From contig OZ241877.1 in NCBI GenBank assembly GCA_965203095.1, positions 960,001 to 1,024,000 of the forward strand: DNA of 64,000 nt, written 5' to 3'. This document shows, piece after piece, positions 8,624 through 17,429 of the stretch (the first letter of the stretch is position 1; each line of letters opens with the position of its first letter). The position numbers were made by a program, and so were the translations under genes. Source of the DNA: Bdellovibrionales bacterium (GTDB taxonomy: Bacteria > Bdellovibrionota > Bdellovibrionia > Bdellovibrionales > UBA1609). The notes under the pieces are model-generated. The model was given only the letters and a program-made list of their open reading frames with translations. It did not search any database and was not told the origin of the DNA.

Positions 8624-8899
8624 TTATCTGGACGTAAACCATATTGTCATAATAAAGGTTAAAACCCACGGTGTTAAAATCCAAATCCATAGCGGGCTGT
8701 GACTATGTCCTTCTTTATCAATTTTGGAATGTTCCCACTGAACACAGGCAACCTTCTTTTTATTTTTCTCACAATACTTATTAAGTAAAGCTCTATTTTT
8801 CTCATGATTTTTAAATTCATAGCCGTCTAAAGTGTCCGGAGCGGTAGTCGCACAGGAATTTAATACCAAACAAAAGATTATCAAGTGTTTTAAGCTCAT
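8624..8899 (-). CDS. Small lipoprotein with C-terminal TM helix
   Basis: Lipobox-like VLNSC, hydrophobic C-terminus, GCCGATAT about 10 nt upstream of the ATG. Confidence 0.65.
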   Translation of the reverse strand: MSLKHLIIFCLVLNSCATTAPDTLDGYEFKNHEKNRALLNKYCEKNKKKVACVQWEHSKIDKEGHSHSPLWIWILTPWVLTFIMTIWFTSR

Positions 8900-8924
8900 T
8901 CTATCCTCTATATCGGCTGTTTTT

Positions 8925-9287
8925 ATGGGAAAATATAGGGTTTTTGAGTCAAATAAGGGGGGAAGGACAAAACTTCTTTTAGATTATGAGAAAAGAGATA
9001 AGTTTTTTGAGCTTTGCAAGAGTTTGGGGATTAAAAATAAGCAGACAGAATATTTGATCTGCTTTTATAAAACAGGATCTTTAAAAGCAGTAGTAAAGGA
9101 AACAGGAAAAACCCCGGACTATATCCATAAAACCTTTTCCCGCATAAGAAAAAAGATTGAAAAAACGGAATTTAAAAATATTCACATGCTTTTAGGCTAT
9201 TTTGAGCGAATTTATCAAAAAAACTGGCCCCGTCTGAATGAAATAAGGGAAATATTAGAGCTAAAACTCAATGAAAAGTCTCTATAA
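8925..9287 (+). CDS. Putative HTH DNA-binding protein
   Basis: KQTEYLICFYKTGSLKAVVKETGKTPDYIHKTFSRIRKKI resembles LysR/sigma-region-4-type HTHs. Start moved to ATG 8925 to avoid overlap with the opposite-strand gene. Confidence 0.55.
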   Translation: MGKYRVFESNKGGRTKLLLDYEKRDKFFELCKSLGIKNKQTEYLICFYKTGSLKAVVKETGKTPDYIHKTFSRIRKKIEKTEFKNIHMLLGYFERIYQKNWPRLNEIREILELKLNEKSL

Positions 9288-9576
9288 CACCACCCACTGG
9301 CAAAAAACCAGAGAGAGAAAGCTTAGAAAAAACCCTCTCTGTGAAATATGTCTTAAGAGGGGAAAGCTTGTTAAGGCCAGTGAGATTGACCATATTACCC
9401 CTTGGCGGGAAATAGAGAGCTTTTTCTGTAAATTTTCAGACCTTCAAAGCCTTTGCAAGTCGTGCCATTCCCGGAAAACTGCACTTGAGAAGGCCAGAAA
9501 AGCTAAACAACTACTCCAAAAAGAGCCTGATCTTGCCAAGATAAAGGCACGGAAAACTAAAGCCTATTTTTTCTAA
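9271..9576 (+). CDS. HNH endonuclease (phage gp74-like)
   Basis: Y...W...R...L...PLCxxC...A.EIDHI.P...LQSLCxxCHxxKT motif. Confidence 0.9.
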   Translation: MKSLYNTTHWQKTRERKLRKNPLCEICLKRGKLVKASEIDHITPWREIESFFCKFSDLQSLCKSCHSRKTALEKARKAKQLLQKEPDLAKIKARKTKAYFF

Positions 9577-9690
9577 ATCCACGGTGGCCACCGGGGGAGT
9601 CCTTTAATCGCCAGCCCTATGAACCACAATGCCCTATTTTTAAGCTTTTTAAGGCTGTGAGAGAGCTAAGGGAGTCGGGGGGAAAACTGC

Positions 9691-10098
9691 TCAAAAACGG
9701 CATTCTAAATACCAGCTTTTTTTACCCGCTATATAGCGGTATCCATATTCGGCTCTTGTTGGATAGTCTGGTAGATCGATCTCTATCTTTATCGAGGAGC
9801 ACAAGCTACCGTCTGATAATTTTTTTTGAACATAACCTTCAAAAGAAACATAGCATGCACCTGCCGAAAGATCTGACTCTGCATCCAGCACCCCAGAAGA
9901 GGCAACTATTGTGCTTCCGCTTACAAGCTCACAAGAATTATTGCCTGAGCCTGAATGATTAGAATATATCTTAAAAGGCTTTCCAAAATATATTTTCCGA
10001 ACATTAGACGACCAATCAGGATCAGGAGTTAAAAAGTCCCAAAACCCTGCTCCAGCGGTAAAAGAATAAAGGGAAAAGATAAATAATAATGCTTTCAT
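9691..10098 (-). CDS. Secreted Cys-containing protein, family B copy 2
   Basis: Same signal peptide and CELVSGST core as 6438..6842. Confidence 0.8.
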   Translation of the reverse strand: MKALLFIFSLYSFTAGAGFWDFLTPDPDWSSNVRKIYFGKPFKIYSNHSGSGNNSCELVSGSTIVASSGVLDAESDLSAGACYVSFEGYVQKKLSDGSLCSSIKIEIDLPDYPTRAEYGYRYIAGKKSWYLECRF

Positions 10099-10173
10099 TG
10101 TTCTCTTATAGCAGGATTGTCCGGAAAAATAAAGTCTGTTGTAAATTTTTCACACTAAAGGGCTGTTTTACCT

Positions 10174-10404
10174 TTACCTGCTACAAGGGTTTTTTATATC
10201 CCTTTGGCCTTCCCAAGTCACAGTGCCAGGGGCCTTGCCAGAATGATAGCGAAAACACTCCCCACTTTCCAAGTGAGATTCTATTCTGAAGGCCAGAAAA
10301 GGCGAACCTTCTTTAAACATTGCAACAGGTCCAGTTTTTAAGCCAAAAGCTCCGGCAAGGATCATTGCTGAAACAACTAACAAAAGCAAATACTCAACAA
10401 CCAT
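10174..10404 (-). CDS. Flp/Tad-like pilin
   Basis: xVVEYLLLLVV hydrophobic N-terminus with the EY motif, C-terminal Cys pair, RBS AAGGAG. Confidence 0.65.
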   Translation of the reverse strand: MVVEYLLLLVVSAMILAGAFGLKTGPVAMFKEGSPFLAFRIESHLESGECFRYHSGKAPGTVTWEGQRDIKNPCSR

Positions 10405-10436
10405 TATAAAACTCCTTATGTTTGTCTAATGCGGTT

Positions 10437-10793
10437 TTACCTTTGGCCTGTGCTTCCCTTCTTTTCTTTAAGAAGGCGGGGCCGGAGCGGTTCAGGATTA
10501 GAAGTGCCAGAGCTTAAAGGAATACCAGAGCAAGACTCCTTTGTTGCATGAATGTTTTTTTGATTATTGCTAACAACATTCAATATCTCATTTAATAATC
10601 TTTTATTAGCATTAACACTATCCATAATCTGGTTATGTTTATTAGCTAACTGCACTATTGCCACACTTTGGCTGGCTGATTGTTGTATTAGGGCTTTATT
10701 TAATTTGTTTTGGTTATGCCCATGCCCGCTTTGACTATGCCCCCTTGAATGAGCACTGAATGTTATGAAAAAAGAAAGCACTAAGTAGATCAT
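10437..10793 (-). CDS. Secreted small coiled-coil protein, family C copy 3
   Basis: Signal peptide; paralogue of 8046..8402. Confidence 0.8.
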   Translation of the reverse strand: MIYLVLSFFITFSAHSRGHSQSGHGHNQNKLNKALIQQSASQSVAIVQLANKHNQIMDSVNANKRLLNEILNVVSNNQKNIHATKESCSGIPLSSGTSNPEPLRPRLLKEKKGSTGQR

Positions 10794-11000
10794 CTCAATA
10801 AGCTTATCGGACGATATTGAGAAAACTTAAGAAAAAAGGCTTATTTTTTATAGAAAGGGTATAGAAAAGGCTCAAAATTTATAGATCTGTTATAAAAACG
10901 GCTCAAAAAGTATAGATCCAAGCAAAAGAGAGAATTAAAAATAAAATAATGATTGAAACCAAAAGAAAAGGGATAGTCACAAAAGCTTTTGAATTTAAAA

Positions 11001-11121
11001 TCATTTTGGATATTTTGAGGCAAACAAGTTTAGACCCTTTCTCTTTTTTATACATGAGGCTCTGTAGTTTTTTAGCTCTAATCTATATTGGCCCATTTTA
11101 TCCATAAGTTTTTTTCTGTCT
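11001..11121 (-). pseudogene. 3' fragment of the lipoprotein gene 14083..14394 created by the duplication
   Basis: Matches 14083-14203 and is cut by the IS end. Confidence 0.8.
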
Positions 11122-13042
11122 CCCGACTTCCGCATTTTGTGATCAGGAATCCAGTATTATCAAGGGTTTGCGAGGAGGCTTGGGTCACTACATTCAAGAC
11201 TTTAGTTTGTGATATTAGGACATAAATTTAATAGTTCGTGGGAAGGTTTTGTTAAAGGCTTTGTAGATATTCTTTTGTGTTTCGTTGATTGTAGAAGGCA
11301 GGAAGAATTTCTTTCCTGTGGATGTGTCCTCTATATAACTGATTTGGACAAGACTTAATTCTTGTTTAATGACTTCAAAACTAAGGTTTATATTTTTAGA
11401 TTTCAAAACATGCCTCACAAAAACCGTCAGACCATAAGCTATAAAACATATTAACACATGAGCCTTTATCCTTCTCGGTGTCCAATGATAGATAGGTCTC
11501 ATCTTCAAATCATGTTTGTTCATACGAAAAGCAGATTCTATTTGCCAAAGATTTTTGTATTTTTCCAATATGTTATGGGCCGTCTCTTTTTTGTTGTTTA
11601 CAGCTACAGCACTGAATCCGTCCCATAAACGCTCCGCTTGTATCTTGTCTTCATTTAAAACAGCCCAACCCTTCTGTTTTAACTCCAAATACTTCTTAAG
11701 TCCTGTGTTTTTAACCAAATCCTTCACACGAACCCGACCACCTTTCATCTTTTCTTTTATCTTAACTAAAAGCTTTTCTCTTTCTTTTCTATCCTTATCC
11801 GCTCTGGCCCGATCATAACGGACAATGAGACGAAAACCCTCCCACTCATATTCCCTCGTCCAGCCTCGAACCTTTCTAAAATCCCCTCTTTTAGAAAAAG
11901 CAGGAGCTTCCGACAACACCCTCTCCTTCAAAGACTTCTTCATTGACTTCAGCCGGGCCCCAGCTATAAACTGAACTTTCCTTTTATCCATCTCAAAAAG
12001 ATTTTTCTTGGAAAACATCCCACGATCAGCAACTAAAAACACATCCCGAATATCATAACTCTTTGATATATTATCTATCGTCTGGAGCAAAGTATTGCCC
12101 TCAAAAGTATTACCAGAAAAAAGCTCATAACCTATAGGCAAACCCCCTTTAGTCGTCATCAAAGACAGAACAACCTGTGTCTCTTTGATCTTATTGTCCT
12201 TGCTAAAACCACAACTCCTCAAATCATCCTCCATAAAACTCTCAAAATACAATGTCGTCACATCAAAAAACACAACATCAATACGCTCTTTAAACAAACT
12301 CAATGTCCTCTCGGTTAGCTTGCCTTTTAAAATCTCACTATTCTTATAAACCTTGTCCATCATCCGATAAACACGATCCAAAGGTATAGAATGAACACCA
12401 GCAGACCTTCTGCTTATGTCCAAAACACTACCCCGCTTACTCATTGGACTTTTTAACCGATGTAAAACCATATCCTTCAACAATTGACTGGCCTCTCTAT
12501 GCTTATATCCCTCATTAAAACAGGACGATAAACCCAGCTCATCGTAAACCTTGCCAAATATGTCTGAAATCCCCACAACTTGACGACTCTCCTCTTTCAG
12601 ACTTGGTGCATGAACCATATCTCCAGGATAAAAACTCCTCGCCTTCTCTCTTGCAGGGTCCTCCTTGGACTCCTCCTTAAAAAGTGGGGACTGATCTTTT
12701 TCTTTTAAGTCCCGAATAACTTTTCTGCCGATCTTGTAAAATAAAGCAATTTTCTCTTTATCGCTTTGATGGCAATGTCCTACACAGCCAATAGTCTCTT
12801 GTCTGACTTTTTTGCCTTCTCTACGGCTTCTGACCACACGGATGGAAACATGGCCATTGGCTTTTTTAACTTCACGAATAAACATACTGGCAGAATAAGA
12901 GAAGACAGAAGGCTTGTCAAGTAAATAAATTAAAAATATTGCTTTATTTTTATCAAGGGCCACTACACCCCAACACAACAATAAAAAGCCCATAAACTGG
13001 GCCTTTTAAACCCTTACAACCCTACAAAATGCGGAAGTCGGG
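11122..13042 (-). mobile_element. IS1634-family insertion sequence (1921 bp)
   Basis: 19-bp perfect terminal inverted repeats CCCGACTTCCGCATTTTGT (11122-11140) and ACAAAATGCGGAAGTCGGG (13024-13042) enclosing one DDE transposase. Confidence 0.92.
11215..12885 (-). CDS. IS1634-family DDE transposase
   Basis: FFDVTTLYFES, GFSKD, VADRGM and YKNLWQIESAFRMNK..L.MRPIYHW...RIKAHV motifs. Start at MFIREVKK, 6 nt after TTGACA-N17-TATTCT. Confidence 0.92.
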   Translation of the reverse strand: MFIREVKKANGHVSIRVVRSRREGKKVRQETIGCVGHCHQSDKEKIALFYKIGRKVIRDLKEKDQSPLFKEESKEDPAREKARSFYPGDMVHAPSLKEESRQVVGISDIFGKVYDELGLSSCFNEGYKHREASQLLKDMVLHRLKSPMSKRGSVLDISRRSAGVHSIPLDRVYRMMDKVYKNSEILKGKLTERTLSLFKERIDVVFFDVTTLYFESFMEDDLRSCGFSKDNKIKETQVVLSLMTTKGGLPIGYELFSGNTFEGNTLLQTIDNISKSYDIRDVFLVADRGMFSKKNLFEMDKRKVQFIAGARLKSMKKSLKERVLSEAPAFSKRGDFRKVRGWTREYEWEGFRLIVRYDRARADKDRKEREKLLVKIKEKMKGGRVRVKDLVKNTGLKKYLELKQKGWAVLNEDKIQAERLWDGFSAVAVNNKKETAHNILEKYKNLWQIESAFRMNKHDLKMRPIYHWTPRRIKAHVLICFIAYGLTVFVRHVLKSKNINLSFEVIKQELSLVQISYIEDTSTGKKFFLPSTINETQKNIYKAFNKTFPRTIKFMS

Positions 13043-13180
13043 AGAATATATCTTAAAAGGCTTTCCAAAATATATTTTCCGAACATTAGACGACCAATCA
13101 GGATCAGGAGTTAAAAAGTCCCAAAACCCTGCTCCAGCGGTAAAAGAATAAAGGGAAAAGATAAATAATAATGCTTTCAT
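13043..13180 (-). pseudogene. 5' fragment of a family B gene truncated by the IS
   Basis: Matches 9961-10098. Confidence 0.8.
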
Positions 13181-13255
13181 TGTTCTCTTATAGCAGGATT
13201 GTCCGGAAAAATAAAGTCTGTTGTAAATTTTTCACACTAAAGGGCTGTTTTACCT

Positions 13256-13486
13256 TTACCTGCTACAAGGGTTTTTTATATCCCTTTGGCCTTCCCAAGT
13301 CACAGTGCCAGGGGCCTTGCCAGAATGATAGCGAAAACACTCCCCACTTTCCAAGTGAGATTCTATTCTGAAGGCCAGAAAAGGCGAACCTTCTTTAAAC
13401 ATTGCAACAGGTCCAGTTTTTAAGCCAAAAGCTCCGGCAAGGATCATTGCTGAAACAACTAACAAAAGCAAATACTCAACAACCAT
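13256..13486 (-). CDS. Flp/Tad-like pilin (duplicate)
   Basis: Identical translation to 10174..10404. Confidence 0.65.
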   Translation of the reverse strand: MVVEYLLLLVVSAMILAGAFGLKTGPVAMFKEGSPFLAFRIESHLESGECFRYHSGKAPGTVTWEGQRDIKNPCSR

Positions 13487-13518
13487 TATAAAACTCCTTA
13501 TGTTTGTCTAATGCGGTT

Positions 13519-13875
13519 TTACCTTTGGCCTGTGCTTCCCTTCTTTTCTTTAAGAAGGCGGGGCCGGAGCGGTTCAGGATTAGAAGTGCCAGAGCTTAAA
13601 GGAATACCAGAGCAAGACTCCTTTGTTGCATGAATGTTTTTTTGATTATTGCTAACAACATTCAATATCTCATTTAATAATCTTTTATTAGCATTAACAC
13701 TATCCATAATCTGGTTATGTTTATTAGCTAACTGCACTATTGCCACACTTTGGCTGGCTGATTGTTGTATTAGGGCTTTATTTAATTTGTTTTGGTTATG
13801 CCCATGCCCGCTTTGACTATGCCCCCTTGAATGAGCACTGAATGTTATGAAAAAAGAAAGCACTAAGTAGATCAT
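13519..13875 (-). CDS. Secreted small coiled-coil protein, family C copy 4 (duplicate)
   Basis: Identical translation to 10437..10793. Confidence 0.8.
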   Translation of the reverse strand: MIYLVLSFFITFSAHSRGHSQSGHGHNQNKLNKALIQQSASQSVAIVQLANKHNQIMDSVNANKRLLNEILNVVSNNQKNIHATKESCSGIPLSSGTSNPEPLRPRLLKEKKGSTGQR

Positions 13876-14082
13876 CTCAATAAGCTTATCGGACGATATT
13901 GAGAAAACTTAAGAAAAAAGGCTTATTTTTTATAGAAAGGGTATAGAAAAGGCTCAAAATTTATAGATCTGTTATAAAAACGGCTCAAAAAGTATAGATC
14001 CAAGCAAAAGAGAGAATTAAAAATAAAATAATGATTGAAACCAAAAGAAAAGGGATAGTCACAAAAGCTTTTGAATTTAAAA

Positions 14083-14394
14083 TCATTTTGGATATTTTGA
14101 GGCAAACAAGTTTAGACCCTTTCTCTTTTTTATACATGAGGCTCTGTAGTTTTTTAGCTCTAATCTATATTGGCCCATTTTATCCATAAGTTTTTTTCTG
14201 TCTCTGTGTTTATTTACTTGCGAACTATAAGCCAAAATCAAAATATTCTCAAAAAGTTTATTAGTCTCTGTGGCAATGTCTTGTCTTAACTTTTGGCATT
14301 TTAAAGATTTTTTTGTTTCACCAATTTTATTGCCTGTAGTTTGACAAGCAGAGATTAAAAAAAATAAAAAGATCAATAAGATTTTTTGTTTCAT
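14083..14394 (-). CDS. Small lipoprotein
   Basis: MKQKILLIFLFFLISAC lipobox. Start overlaps the stop of the upstream gene (ATGA). Confidence 0.75.
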   Translation of the reverse strand: MKQKILLIFLFFLISACQTTGNKIGETKKSLKCQKLRQDIATETNKLFENILILAYSSQVNKHRDRKKLMDKMGQYRLELKNYRASCIKKRKGLNLFASKYPK

Positions 14395-15605
14395 TGTTTT
14401 GACTTCTCTTTTTCTATCTTACAACTTTCCCCACAATAGGATTGAATGAGCTGGCTCATTTTTTCAAAAATACTGCTATGCACTCCGGTTTTAGAAAACA
14501 AGTCCCCCTTCTGATTTTTGAAAGCCCCTGCTAATTTTTTATTATCTTTTCCTTTTTTCCCTCCCTGAGAAGGGCCTCCTGGGGCCTGCCCCCGGTTATT
14601 AGCAGACGGAGTAGTCAGCCCCCCGGAAAAAGCCCCGGTGATCCCCTGATTGTTCCGCCAAGCCTCATTCTCATTGTCATCATCCTCTATTAACCCTTCC
14701 CCATCATTATTAGAGGCGGAGCTAAGTCCTCTGCCCAAATCAGAACCACCCAATCCCCCAGAAGGTTTTGAGTCGGAAGTGTTTTTTTGCCCATTAAGTG
14801 AAGGGGATAAACCTGCTGTGTTGTCACTTCCTGTCCCTTCTTTAGTGGTTTTGTATTTTTCCCCTTTATCCTTTTTTGCCACAGTGGTTTTTTTCTCTTT
14901 TGGTTTTTCTGGTGGAGTAAATTCTTTTGTGGTTTTTTTCTCATCTTTTCCCGGTGAAGTGTCGGGAGCTGTTGTGGTGGCTGTTGGAAGGCTGGGACCT
15001 ATAAAATCAGGGAGCGGAGCTATATCATCATCAGGGCAATCATCGCCTTTGCATTTTTCCTTTTCAGTGTCCCCGCCAAGTTTTTTTAAAGCCATAAAAG
15101 ATATTCCCGCATTCATAGCAGACAATCCCGCTTGCATTAGGGCCTGTTCGCAACTTGCTCCATGCGTTTCGCATTCGGATAAAACTGCTTGTTTGTTTTT
15201 TTTCTCAATCGGATCAATACCCTCTGTTTCCGGATTACAATTTGTCCTACATTTGTTTAAAGCGGAAGTGCAATCATCATAAGCAGACAAAGCATGAACA
15301 GCCATAGCACTATTTATAGCTATACTCCCCTTGTGAGCAAGGCTGGCAGACCCGCCTCCGTCTTCAGTGGAGGACACAGCGTCCGTGCCGGCTTTCCCCA
15401 CCATAAGAGCACTTTCCATGCTTAGCATTCCCTTGCTTGCTTTCAAAACTTCAAGTGAAAGGGAGTTGTCACAAACAGGCGGTGTTTCTTTTTCCGGGGT
15501 TTCCGGTTTTGTCGGGGGGAGGGGAGGGGGCTGGACAACCCCGGTCCCAGGGTTGGGTGCCCAGGATTGGGAAATCCATAAAAGAATTAAAATCAGACCT
15601 TTCAT
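14391..15605 (-). CDS. Secreted Cys/Pro/Gly-rich low-complexity protein
   Basis: Signal peptide, Cys-containing helical region, long disordered linker, C-terminal SIFEKMS..I..Y motif. GCCGATAA promoter just upstream. Confidence 0.75.
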   Translation of the reverse strand: MKGLILILLWISQSWAPNPGTGVVQPPPLPPTKPETPEKETPPVCDNSLSLEVLKASKGMLSMESALMVGKAGTDAVSSTEDGGGSASLAHKGSIAINSAMAVHALSAYDDCTSALNKCRTNCNPETEGIDPIEKKNKQAVLSECETHGASCEQALMQAGLSAMNAGISFMALKKLGGDTEKEKCKGDDCPDDDIAPLPDFIGPSLPTATTTAPDTSPGKDEKKTTKEFTPPEKPKEKKTTVAKKDKGEKYKTTKEGTGSDNTAGLSPSLNGQKNTSDSKPSGGLGGSDLGRGLSSASNNDGEGLIEDDDNENEAWRNNQGITGAFSGGLTTPSANNRGQAPGGPSQGGKKGKDNKKLAGAFKNQKGDLFSKTGVHSSIFEKMSQLIQSYCGESCKIEKEKSKQ

Positions 15606-15655
15606 ACTCTCTTTATCGGCTGATCAGCCAAAAACTAAACCCTTTATTTGTTTTA

Positions 15656-15737
15656 AAGCTCAAAAAGTGTCTCATTTTGGCCTAAAAGCGGGGAGTTTAA
15701 AGCAGACAGCCCGGCAAGACCGGGCTGAAAACTATGA
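15656..15737 (-). repeat. ~80-bp hairpin-containing repeat, copy 2
   Basis: See copy 1 at 1731-1812. Confidence 0.8.
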
Positions 15738-15830
15738 AACTATCCTCTATATTTTACCTACAATAGTAGGAATTGCACTTATCCTATCGGCTGAATGACC
15801 GGGGAAGTTTAGATTTTTTTGGATTTTTCT

Positions 15831-16589
15831 TTAAATCCCTAATCTTGTCCTGAGCCGGGCGACTTGAGTAATACTCCAATTTTTATTTCCCCATCTTGTT
15901 TTTACTTTTAACCTTTCCAGTTCTTCGGCCATTTGTTCAAGGGTTAAGCCTTGTTCTATAAGAAGGATAAGAGCAGGCATTATCTGTTCAGCATACTGAT
16001 CCGCTTTACTTAATTCAGTTTCAGCTTTTTTTTCTTTTGCCCTTTTTATTTCCTGATAAGTTGGTTTTGGTTTTTTATGAACCTTCCAATAAGCTTTTAA
16101 TGCTTTCCTTATTTTAGGATTATGCCAGCCAAGTTTTTTTCCTTTCTTTTTTAATTCAGCTAAAGCCAACTTGGTTCTTTTAGAGATTTGCTCCCTTTCC
16201 CATTCGGCTAATGTTCCCATTAAGTGGAGCTGGAGTTTGTCCATTTGAGGATAATCACAACAAATAAAATCAATCTTAGCTTTTTCAATGGAAGTAATGA
16301 AATGAAGATCACGACTGAGTCTATCTAATTTGGCCACAATGAGGATTCCTTTAAGACCATAAGTTAGATCCAGGGCTTCTATGAGTTTTGGCCGGTTATG
16401 AGTTTTTTTACCGCTTTCTATTTCAGTAAAAGAATGCTCTGGGGGGAATTTTCTTTTTTGTTCTTTAAGGAATTTTTTGACGGCTGTTTTTTGTGCTGAA
16501 ATGCCAAGCCCTTTTATCCCTTGTTTATCTGTGGAAACTCTATAATAGGCTATGTAAGGTCGTCTGGTTTTTCTTTTGGTTTTTTTCAT
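15831..16589 (-). CDS. Serine recombinase (resolvase/invertase catalytic domain plus C-terminal HTH/recombinase-like region)
   Basis: AYYRVSTDKQ catalytic Ser motif, E.ESG...RP.L, LIVAKLDRLSR, AEWERE.IS.RTK, C-terminal TRWG...W...QV.R. Confidence 0.93.
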   Translation of the reverse strand: MKKTKRKTRRPYIAYYRVSTDKQGIKGLGISAQKTAVKKFLKEQKRKFPPEHSFTEIESGKKTHNRPKLIEALDLTYGLKGILIVAKLDRLSRDLHFITSIEKAKIDFICCDYPQMDKLQLHLMGTLAEWEREQISKRTKLALAELKKKGKKLGWHNPKIRKALKAYWKVHKKPKPTYQEIKRAKEKKAETELSKADQYAEQIMPALILLIEQGLTLEQMAEELERLKVKTRWGNKNWSITQVARLRTRLGI

Positions 16590-16631
16590 AGGTTGGGGGT
16601 ATTATTACACGGAAAGTTTTTTTTGTCAAAT

Positions 16632-16656
16632 TTTTAACATCGTTGTTATGTTAAAA
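16632..16656. promoter_or_regulatory. Inverted repeat upstream of the recombinase promoter (candidate res/crossover or autoregulatory site)
   Basis: TTTTAACAT-cgttgtt-ATGTTAAAA, adjacent to the minus-strand TTGACA at 16624-16629. Confidence 0.5.
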
Positions 16657-16835
16657 TAATTGTGTAATTTTTTAGCCATTAGTCCAGTGCCGGGGAATAG
16701 ATGGTCACCCCCCCATTGCGATATAAACCCCACCCCCCATCGCTTGGGACTCCACCCTTGTTTTTGAGGCTTATTTGATAGCTGAGGGCTTTGATATAGA
16801 TAGAGATTAGAGAGAAAAATAGAGGGTTCTGAGGC

Positions 16836-17348
16836 TTAATCCACCCAGTTAATCTTGTCTGTGTTCAATGCTCCGCTGGCCATAATCATGTCACGATATT
16901 TTGAGTCTATAAAAACATACTTCAAGCTTGTCCCTCTCAAGTCTGCTTTTGTCAAGTCTGTCCCTCTTAAGTCTGCAAATATCAAGTCTGCCCCTCTCAA
17001 GTCTGCCTTTGTCAAGTCTATCTCTCTCAAGTCTATCCCTATCAAGTCTGTCCCTCTTAAGTCTGCCTCTCTCAAGTTCGCCCCTCTAAAGTCTGCCCAT
17101 ATTAAGTATGCTCCTCTTAAGTCTGCCTCCCACAAGTTCGCCCCTCTCAAGTCTGCCTTTGTCAAGTCTGCCCCTCTCAAGTCTGCCTTTGTCAAGTCTG
17201 CCCCTCTAAAATCTGTCCCTCTCAAATCTTTTTTCCCTTGTCTGATTTGTTCAATCAATTCTGCTTGTTTTGTGGGATCAACTGTCTCCGGGTTTTCAGA
17301 AAAAGCCGTCTGGTTCATTAAAAGAATAAGGCTTAATAACAATTTCAT
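16836..17348 (-). CDS. Secreted pentapeptide-repeat protein 7
   Basis: Signal peptide, caps, ADLRG/ADLTK repeats. Confidence 0.92.
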   Translation of the reverse strand: MKLLLSLILLMNQTAFSENPETVDPTKQAELIEQIRQGKKDLRGTDFRGADLTKADLRGADLTKADLRGANLWEADLRGAYLIWADFRGANLREADLRGTDLIGIDLREIDLTKADLRGADLIFADLRGTDLTKADLRGTSLKYVFIDSKYRDMIMASGALNTDKINWVD

Positions 17349-17429
17349 TGTGTAGGGTTATAGCAGGATTGTCCGGGAAAGTAAAGAATTAGAGGGTCTA
17401 TTGTAAATTTTTCACACAAAGGGCGGAGC

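Larger units (their letters stand above)
9961..11121 (+). repeat. Left copy of the ~1161-bp direct duplication flanking the IS
   Basis: Matches 13043-14203 (offset 3082). The encoded ORFs are identical in the track. Confidence 0.92.
13043..14203 (+). repeat. Right copy of the ~1161-bp direct duplication
   Basis: Matches 9961-11121. Confidence 0.92.

Noticed and set aside
2891..17355. Plus-strand ORFs rich in KSAPL, QVC or SSLPL overlapping the pentapeptide genes
   Set aside because: These are antisense shadows of the 15-bp periodic coding repeats, with no independent signals.
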